DNA from: Eledone cirrhosa
Taxonomy: Eukaryota
DNA length: 64,000 bases
Reading direction: 5' to 3'
Assembly: GCA_964016885.1 (NCBI GenBank)
Contig: OZ024743.1
Location: 81,468,001 to 81,532,000, forward strand
Position numbers and translations under genes: made by a program. The number at the start of each line of letters is the position of its first letter. The first letter of the stretch is position 1. This document shows, in pieces, positions 54,805 through 64,000 of this stretch. A model generated the notes under the pieces. That model was not told the DNA's origin. It did not search any database and saw only the letters and a list, made by a program, of their open reading frames with translations.

Positions 54805-54990
54805 ATGTTTAATATAGAAATAATGTCTTCTACGGGACTAGAAATGTTTCAATCGAAAGAAATCATCAGGAAAGCTGATGTTTTTTTTATATGAAACAGT
54901 TCTAGTCTTATAGAAGCCATTTCTATATTAAGGATGATGTTTACAGTCTACTTATGTATTGATGATGTTTACAGTCTACTTATGTACTGT
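54805..54990. mobile_element. Fold-back cassette with a hammerhead at 54827-54873 (-)
   Basis: Minus strand TTTC CTGATGA TTTCTTTCGATT GAAA CAT-ttctagtc-CCG TA GAAG; inverted arm 54875-54931. Confidence 0.7.
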
Positions 54991-55049
54991 GGCTGCACCC
55001 GGGACTCAGAAATAAAACAAACGACACAGTACAATGAAGAAATATATTA

Positions 55050-55114
55050 GTTTTACGGTTTATATAGTAAGAAAAGAGTCATAAAGTTTCGGACGTCAGT
55101 CCTTCATCAGAAAA
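55050..55114 (-). ncRNA. Hammerhead ribozyme with a long stem III
   Basis: Minus strand TTTT CTGATGA A GGAC-tgac-GTCC GAAA C...G TA AAAC; a decayed relative lies at about 50740-50810. Confidence 0.65.
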
Positions 55115-55299
55115 TAGTATGGGAAATTAAAGAAGAAATAGAAAGATGGAGGAGACGGGTAGCGCGGAAAAAGTTTTAGAAATAATTCTTTTCTGTGTTC
55201 CTGTATGAGAATCTGGTAACAGGCTGGAGAAATTCCAAGAGTACCAGACTAATGGGTGCTCCTTGATATACACGTGTGTGTATATGTGCGTTATATATA

Positions 55300-55470
55300 T
55301 GTATTCCGATAATTTGATCAGAGACACACACTGTATTTAAGGTCGAGTGACGCAAATTCGAGTGATCAGCGGCCTTTAGACTCACCTTATCAGTGAAACA
55401 ATTGTTAATACTGTAAATAAAACCCTTTTTGTACAGACGACCAAGTTATTCTTCACTCTTTCACTACTAT
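55300..55470 (+). mobile_element. pLTR-like cassette with a variant hammerhead (55301-55411)
   Basis: GTATT CCGATAA...GAAA C-AATT-G TT AATAC; same family as 10660. Confidence 0.65.
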
Positions 55471-56546
55471 TATTCCAAGAATAAGCTGCATGGGAATTCT
55501 TGCGAACTCGCGACCTAACTAAGGAAACCTCTTGTTGAGCCAAACAACGCCGTAGGTTAAAACTATTCATAGTACAGAGTACTCACAACCTCTAACTGGA
55601 TTACCTAAAACGATAACTTGTTATCCCATATATATATGAGAGAGAGAGAGAAGGAGAGAGAGAGAGAGTGAGAGAGAGAGGGGGTGTAGTATCAAGCAGA
55701 ATACAACAGATGGTGAATGGTCGGTTAAAGCTTGTAATGTTGATGAGATTTCAAATTATTAGTATTTCTATTTGATTATATTTAGTAATTCATGAGAGTT
55801 TGGCATATTTCATGGTTTATTTGGGCCTTTAGAATCGAAGGATATATTCGTGTTTTGTTGAGGTCGGTTGAAAAACAGACGTGACTAATGCCATGTGTGT
55901 GATGGGAGTTACTTATCCGGTGTAGCACGGCCTGATATAGGCCCTGATTTCAGCCACTTCCGTGTAGAAACACGTGTGATCATCTTAAAACCCTTCAATT
56001 GGTAGGACTCTGGATTGGTCGTTGTGAAGTGGACATAGGTAGAGTTCAAGTAAAAGGAGATTTCAGCAATTATTTAATGCCATTGTTTAGTTGTTAGGTA
56101 ATCTTTAGAATTATGTACGGTTTTCTCTTTCATGTTGTATTCTGTTATTTCAATATATCATTATCATTCTATTCTTGGTTTATTGTCAATAGTTTCTTCT
56201 TTGTTACCATATATCTGTGTTTCAGTTGTTTGTTGGTTAATCTACTTTATTAAGTGAAGGCTTAATCTTTCTTTTACTATTTATTTACTTCAATATATTA
56301 TTATTCATTTTCATTTATTTTGATACTTATTTGTTTCGTGTTGTTTAATCATGGCTTATAGTGGTATATGCTCGGTTATTTATTGGCAAATATTTACTAT
56401 AGATAATACGTAATACGGCGCCTGCAGCTTGATAGAGTCCGTCAAACCTATCTACAATACAATAAAGGAAGGAGTGAGGGACAGCGTCCGTTTTATATCT
56501 TTTTATTCCGTTAGTAAAATAAGTTAGATTACTTTGAATAAATAAT

Positions 56547-56638
56547 TGTTTCTACTTTTGGCACAAGATCAGCAATTATCTCAATATATTACTGGTACTT
56601 TATTTTATCGACCCCGTAAGGATGAAAGGCAAAGTTAA
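56547..56638 (-). mobile_element. Truncated Nin-SINE with a 14-bp TSD (TTTGAATAAATAAT)
   Basis: Direct repeats at 56533-56546 and 56639-56652. Confidence 0.8.
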
Positions 56639-56882
56639 TTTGAATAAATAATGAGTGAATATTACATAATTTATCTACTAAATGTTGTAACACATGATTA
56701 AACATAAATAATTTAATGTATTGCTAATTTTAAGATTCACTTCTTTTAAAAATTTCAAATTTTAACATCCGGTTTATCGCCGCCACAGCCACCACCACTC
56801 CAACTACCATATATAGACAGAGCGAGAAAGAAAGAGAGAGTGTATGGAGGAGGGAGAGATACAGACAGAGTGGCTATGCGAC

Positions 56883-56953
<71 letters not shown>

Positions 56954-57117
56954 TGAAGAGATTAGGAATGTTCAACATGCTGACGCGTATGTGTATGTGT
57001 ACGTGTGTGTATGTGCATATACATACATTTAAATGCATAAAAAAATATAATATAATACTTTCAGAACAAAAACACAAACAAATATAACATTCACACAAAC
57101 ACGCATAGACATTGTGT

Positions 57118-57775
57118 GACAGGCGGATGGACAGAAGTGGCTCAAGTTTATATACATGTGAATGGAGTTCCACTGAAGCAGTTAGAGAAGTTCAAGTATC
57201 TCGGCGCCGTATTCACGAGTGATGAAAGGCAGAAGGCTGAATTAAGTGCAAGAATTACAAAAGGCGATACAGTAATGCGCCATCCTCAGCTTTCAGTAAC
57301 CAGAATGGAGGTAGGTGTCTCGCTGTCTTCTTGGTATTCCTGCCAACCCTTACCTATCGTCATGAATCTTGGTATTGACCGAAAAAATACGATTGCAAAT
57401 ATAATGGAGCTCCTCTGAAGGGTCTTTGGAGTAAATTTAGTCGATAAAGGGCATAGCTTGGAGATCAGAGAGTAACTCCTGGTAGAGCCGCTACTTCTCC
57501 GGATTGAGAGATCACAGCTCCGATACTATGGATATGTGGTTAGAATGTCTCAGGAAAGAATCGCTGGATATATTTTAAGGGCAAAACCAACCGGCGGGAG
57601 ACCCAGAGATAGACCCTGAGCAAGATAGTTGGATAACATCTATGATCTTGGCTGGTCACGCTTTGGGATCCAACTGGATCTGTTAGAGATGTTTGCTTCT
57701 GATAGACTGGAAGGAGTGTTTGAGGAGGACTCTGCCACCACGACCCTCTCAGAAATAAGTGGGTGAAGAAGAAGA
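57118..57775 (+). mobile_element. RTE-clade LINE 3' fragment (RT C-terminus) with a (GAA)n tail
   Basis: LKQLEKFKYLGAVFTSD...ELSARI, then IERSQLRYYGYVVRM...KPTGGRPRDRP; frameshifted. Confidence 0.88.
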
Positions 57776-58867
57776 TATTGTCAACTAACTTTTCAATTTA
57801 CATATCATATTTATATGCATATTTGCATATAATACCAATACGCACACTACATAAAACCACGCGATGGGCGGTTCTTTTGCTAGTATCACTATTTGGTGCA
57901 ATTGGATGCACAAAATAACTAGATTTGCTGTCAAAATGGAATTGCACAGTTCTTTCACTCAGCGACAGTACTGCTGACCCATTCGAGGTCTCAGTATTTA
58001 ACAAGATAGTTAAACATTGTCCTAGAATATTTTACAAGATGACGAACGAGACGATAATTCAATATGGAACACAGACGGAGTAATCTTATTCTTGTGACTA
58101 TTTTGTATGGTCTATATACCATCCCGTCCCTTATTTGTTTGTCCCTGGGTTTCAGGTTTTAATTATACCTGTTACTAAGTCTGCAATATTATTTCTGACA
58201 TACGCTGTTCTCTCATCTTTTGTTGAATTGTTCACTACTTATTATCGCAGAACATCTTTCTCTTATATCACGTGACACTAGTGTCTTGTTCTTTTGTCTT
58301 GGTCTACCACACTTTACAAACGTGTCACCAATTTTGTGTCTTGCCCTTGTCCCCACCAATCTAACTGACCATTTTCGTTATACATTGTTCCACTTATATG
58401 ACGAGCATTAAATAATATCAGTATTTTGTCCTCGACATGTATTTTCTTGTTAGTTTTGCTTCCTTTCTCAGGTTTACTTTTCTTCTCATCTGGGTTTCAT
58501 GCTGTAATTTCTCTCTTTCTTTCTGTAATATACTCCAGGACAGATTTAACTATCTTGCTAGACACTATGACGCCGAATATACCAACAGTGCTATCAGTAT
58601 GAGTGGGTAAGAGAGGAATTTTTAGAATAAAGATTTTTTTTTTTCAATATTGTAAACAAATAAGTATCAACATCCATGTCTGTCTATTAAACTTGACTAT
58701 AGTAGATTATTTTAGATAAAATCTTATATTGTTTAAATCCAAATAAAAATAAAAATTAAATGTTATTAATCCCGGGATCTGATACTATTACCTTGTAAAA
58801 TTTGATTTCATTTGGTCGAGCCGTTTTAGAAGGCATAAGGAAAAAACAGACAGACAAAGAGATAAAG

Positions 58868-58974
<107 letters not shown>

Positions 58975-59478
58975 CACGGAGAGAGGAAAGAGACGGAGTG
59001 GGAAAGTACAGATACAGATATACATACATACATAGCCACTCATATATAGTCTCATACACTCTCATATAAACCTACATACACATATATACATACAACATAA
59101 AAAAATATGTGTCAACTACCAGACCTTATCTAAAACAAACAAAAAACACAGAAACTAAGTCATGGCCGATATTACAATATATTACCCCACCCCTCCTCCT
59201 TCTCTACCATATCTCATCTATTGTCTCTGATTGTCAACCATTGTCAACCATTGTCTCGGTTACAAATTGCCATGTATTGTCATCATTTAATATTTATTGT
59301 CCTCTTCCTACAATGACACTCTCCCCTTCCTACAATGACACTCTCCCCTTCCTACAATGACACTCTCTCCTAAAATTATTGATTTCAAACCATTACTTAC
59401 ATGTAACTCTATATTTACAAACATGTGCCACTTTTATTGCTCCCTCTTATATAGGCTCCTTGTGATCTTATCTCTAGT

Positions 59479-59650
59479 TGGAGAGGGTCGGACGCCATGC
59501 TTTGACACATAGAGTTACAGCCCTTGCCATTCTGAGTTCAAATCCCGCCGAGGTTAACTTTGTCTTTCATCCTTACGAGGTCGATAAAATAAAGTACCAG
59601 TAATGTACTGGGTAATTGCTGGCCTTGTGCCAAAAGTAGAAACAATTATT
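59479..59650 (+). mobile_element. Nin/Deu-domain SINE
   Basis: B-box and Nin motif with an (ATT)n tail. Confidence 0.9.
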
Positions 59651-59659
59651 ATTATTATT

Positions 59660-60796
59660 GGAGTCTCAGTCATTGATGTTATTTAACTGGAAAGTTTGTT
59701 TAAATGAACAGCAAGCCGCTGCCTGCGGCCTCAGATATTCAGGACGTATCGGAGGGTTCTTGCTGTTCCCAGCAAGCAAGCTGTCTGATGTTATCTGCTA
59801 CCTTGAAGATCTCTAGGCTTTTGGTTATACAAGAATGAGGAAACATGTCGAATGCCTTCTTGTAGTCTATCCATCCCATAGAAAGACCAGAATGCCTCCT
59901 CTTGCAATTATTACCATCTTTTCAATAAGTAACTGGACTTTTGTACCACGGGAATTCTTTCGGCATCACCCTTTTGGGGAATTTATTTTGTTACGTTTAT
60001 ACATAGTTTTTTTCTTATATTTTTCGTTGTTAAATTGATTTTGCCATTGTAAACCTGAGGTGTCTTTGTATTGTCCCCTAGATGTCGGCCCTTGTGGCCA
60101 ATAAATGAAATAATAATTATTATTATTATTCTTTGAGTCTCAGTCATTGATCTTATTTAACTGGAAAGTTTGTTGAAATGAATATAAAGTCGCTACCTGC
60201 AGCCTCAGATATTCAGGATGTATCGGAGGGTTCTTGCTGTTTCCAGCATGAAGTGTTCCAAAAAGCGGGGCTGGACTAACTTTCTTTAACCATCCTTGGA
60301 AACTCTTTGAGATAGTACCTAGTGCACCTATGACAATAGGGACGACCTTGATTTCATGGCAGTTCCAAATCCTTTTAACTCCCACTTTAAATCCTGGTAT
60401 CGGTTAATTTTCTCCCTCTATTATTATTATTATTATTATAGTTGCATTTATCTTGCTTTATGTTCATACGAGTTATCACCAAGTCACAACCAGTGACCTC
60501 AAGAGACAACAAGGTCCGCCATGTTCAAGAAAGAACATACATACACACATGCATCTTTAGGTGTTTAGACTTGTGATGTACTTATATTGACAGAATCTTC
60601 CTTAGTATATGGGCAGGTCCCATTAGTACTATCTTTTGTATTTCTCCTATACGTAGGTTTCCTGGGATTTGCGACCACTGGTATTGTTTTAGTTCGCAAT
60701 TTCCACATTTTTCCAATTTCTATCTCCAGGTCCTTATACTTGCTCAATTTTTCAAATGTTTTTATAGATACATTCTTTATTATTATTATTATTATA

Positions 60797-60828
<32 letters not shown>

Positions 60829-61701
60829 TCTTTGATTCTCAGTCATTGATGTTAGTTAACTGGAAAGTTTGTTGAGATGAATATCAAGCCATTACCTGCA
60901 GCCTCAGATATTCAGGACGTATCGGAGGGTTCTTGCTGTTCCCAGCAAGCATACCTTTTGAAGCGTTCCAAAAAGCGTGAAGGGGCCAATTTTCTTTAAC
61001 CATCCCTGGAAACTTTTGGAGATAGTCCCTAGTGCGCCTATGACAATCGGGATCACTTTGACTTCATGGCAGTTCCAAATCCTTTTTACCTCCCACTTTA
61101 AGTCCTGGTATCGGTTAATTTTCTCCCTCTCCTTCTCTTGCACTCTCGTGTCGAATGGGCAGGCCACATCCACAATGAGGCACGATCTTTTTTCTTTGTC
61201 CAAAACCACCAGGTCAGGTCTATTGTGATCCAGTTTCTTGTCCGTCTGTATCCTAAAATCCCACAGCACCTTCACCTAATCGTTTTCTATCACCGCCTCT
61301 GGCTTATGCTCATACCACTTCTCAGAATGTGGTAAATTGTTTACTTTGCATAGGTGCCAGTGGATCACCCTGCCCATCACATCATGTCTCCAGCCCTTAT
61401 AGTGAGTCTGGGCTAGGTGTTTACACTCGGATACAATGTGAGCCACAGTCTCCTCTCTCTCTCTCCACAGATCCTGCACAGTGGGCTAGCCTCCTCCTTG
61501 TAAATGTGGTGTTTCAACCACTTCGTTTTGAGGGCTTGCTCCTGTGCAGCCATTAACATTCCTTCTGTAGCCTTTTTAAGGTCTCCTCTTTCCAACCAGT
61601 TCCATGTCTGTGGATCTCTAAATTCAGTTTTCTCAAAGAAGGTTCTATGAAGGGATTTTTCCTGAAGGCTGCTCTTTCTCCTTGATATTATTTTCTCCTT
61701 A

Positions 61702-61792
<91 letters not shown>

Positions 61793-61935
61793 AGTTGCAT
61801 TTATCTTGCTTTATGTTCATACGAGTTATCACCAAGTCACAACCAGTGACCTCAAGAGACAACAAGGTCCGCCATGTTCAAGAAAGAACATACATATTCA
61901 CACATGCATCTTTAGTGTTTAGACTTGTGATGTAC

Positions 61936-61940
<5 letters not shown>
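59660..61940 (-). mobile_element. Stack of Dong/R4-clade (restriction-like endonuclease) LINE 3' fragments in (TAA)n: 59660-59782, 60130-60419, 60440-60778, 60830-61700, 61790-61938
   Basis: EGMLMAAQEQAL, CRIC...ETVAHIVSEC...RHD, KVLWDFRIQTD...NRPDLVV...DVACP...EKINRYQDL; pieces are bounded by (ATT)n. Confidence 0.9.
59900..60112 (+). mobile_element. Probable Tx1 3' UTR fragment
   Basis: Ends in gcccttgtggccaataaatgaaa, like the Tx1 end at 31320-31345 (gcccctgtggcaaataaagaaa on the minus strand). Confidence 0.5.
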
Positions 61941-62030
<90 letters not shown>

Positions 62031-62244
62031 GGCGACCTACGTAGTAAATCGTATCATCGTGAGCTCTGCAAAGGTTTGTTATTTTCAGTTGTTTAAAATT
62101 GACATTCATGGAAAATGTTTATTGTTAACTGAATATAAGTGCACATACATTGTTATCTGAAAAGGACACCCAAAAAGATTGGGGCCTTGAGCTCAAAATT
62201 TAAACTTTTATAATTATCAAACAAAAATTTTTCTTTGAAAAATC

Positions 62245-63910
62245 ATGGCTGACTCAGAGTCACTCCTTTCTCACAAACTAACACCTCACACCGACACCAC
62301 CATTGTAAATATTACTACGTTTGCCAACACTAAAAATATAAGCAGTAGCAATATTTTAAATTTGTCTCAGGCAGACATTCATTTCCCGCCATTACCAATG
62401 ACTGCAGGTGTTAAAGCCGCCACCCCCACCACCACCGCAACAACAGAAACAAAAGAAAAAATAAATTAACTCGTGATATCGAAATGAATTCAACCAAAAT
62501 GAACTCTTCCACACCGAACACCACTGACGCCACGCCACCACCACCACAACTGAAACTAAAATTAATAATAACAAAAATAACGATAACAACAACAGCAACA
62601 ATGACATTAAGAAAACCACCCTGAGTTTTGCCAGAGTAGCAAAACAGTGCGAAAGTGCGAAGCATTTCAGGTAACTCAGGAGGAATTAGAAGAAGCCAAA
62701 AAAATGGTAAAGAAAGATGGGTACAGGGTCAACCCCCACCCCCACCCCACCCCACCCCCTAATAAAATGGACCATCGGCGCCTATGCACCGTGTCTTATC
62801 GAACAATTAATATAAAATCGCGCCGACTGGAACGGGCATCCGAGTCCCAAATCCAAAAAGCTTTGGGACATGTGTGGGCAAAAAAAACCCACATCAGACG
62901 TGGGCACAAATATGGAACCGTGGACGTGTTCTTTGAAACACCACAGGAGGCTAGAGAACACTCCATGGCCCCATTAAGAAGTGACGACTTCACACTCGTC
63001 CCAAGCTATTGTGGCCAGAGACTCGTAAAGATCAGGGTGACCACGTTTCCACCGGCCATCGAAATTCCCTGGTAATAGCTGCCGTCCTCGCTGGCATCGA
63101 AGCCAACACCAAAATAATCGAAATAGGGAAAGAAAAACAGGAGAACTGGTCCGGATCAGGGATGGAGCTCCTGATCCAAGCGGACCAAAAAAGCATTGAG
63201 GAGATCCTAGAGGTAATAGACCTCACTGACGGCAGCCACCTCACCGAAATCGTCGAGGGCAGAAAGCCTAGGGTGTCGTTTGTGGTGAAGGAACCAATCT
63301 AAGGGCTTTCTGCCCTAAGGCTAAAAGGTTGAGGCCACCTCTCTTACCCACCCAAGTGACTCAACCATCAACACCAGCAGCAGCAGAGATAGCAGCAATA
63401 ACTGTAGCAGCAACAACAGAAACAACTGTAACAGCAACAACCCCAGCAACAGTAGTAAAACCAACACCACCACCACCCAACGCGCCAGAACTAGCACCAG
63501 CGCCTACACCATCCACCACGCCACAACCAAAACCAACGCCTGTGGAGGATTTTCCACTCCCCGGCCTATCACAACTGGAGACAGATTGTGATGACGAGGA
63601 GTGGGAAACGGTATCAGGAAAAAAGAAAAAAAGAAACCAAAAAAGAAAAAATTCTCTTACCTCCCCCTCCAAAAACAAAATACAGAGGGAAACAAATAAA
63701 CTATCAAACAAAAAGGTTAGGACAGATATGCCACCATCCACACCAGCATCACCAACCCCATCACCACAAACACCAACATCATCACCATCATTAACCCCAA
63801 CACCACCATTACCAACACCACAAAAGTCACCAAAAAGCGAAACAGAACAGACCCACAACAAACGCAAACAAAACAAAACAACCAAAACGATACACACTAC
63901 ACTGCATTAA
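62245..63910 (+). pseudogene. Decayed LINE ORF1 (L1/Tx1-type nucleic-acid-binding protein with a CCHC-knuckle remnant and a Pro/Thr-rich tail)
   Basis: SFARVAK near 62625; GTVDVFF...PSYCG...KIRV; VEGRKPR followed by a degenerate CG...LRAFCP; WETVSGKKKKR. Split by frameshifts across ORFs 62647, 63009 and 63329. Confidence 0.72.
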
Positions 63911-64000
63911 ATTTGAACAACAACCAATTATTACACTACATCCAACACAACACCAGCATCACAGAAAAAGACTACACAACAACCCAAAAGTTCACACCAC

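Overview
This is AT-rich eukaryotic intronic or intergenic DNA saturated with microsatellites. The repeat content (Nin/Deu-domain and CORE-like tRNA SINEs, Penelope-like elements, Dong/R4, RTE and Tx1 LINE fragments, long (TA)n/(CA)n tracts) suggests a cephalopod such as Octopus, which is an inference. No intact host gene is evident, and most listed ORFs are translations of simple repeats. Recognisable elements are two decayed Penelope-like retrotransposons (PLEs; RT plus GIY-YIG), the larger one with an inverted 5' copy of its 3' end and a nested non-autonomous LTR element (4-bp TSD, tRNA-Trp PBS), plus Tx1, RTE and Dong/R4 LINE pieces, a hAT-like fragment and many SINEs. The main hidden signal, read by eye, is about 17 type-I hammerhead ribozymes with a complete core plus about 6 core-mutant ones, from roughly 15 sequence families. 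Most sit in short non-coding cassettes anchored in (TA)n tracts, and many are asymmetric fold-back palindromes whose short arm stops at a family-specific TA-adjacent site. A second notable signal is the LTR primer-binding site, which extends past tRNA position 58 with an A-to-T change exactly there, resembling a fossil of RT read-through of m1A58.
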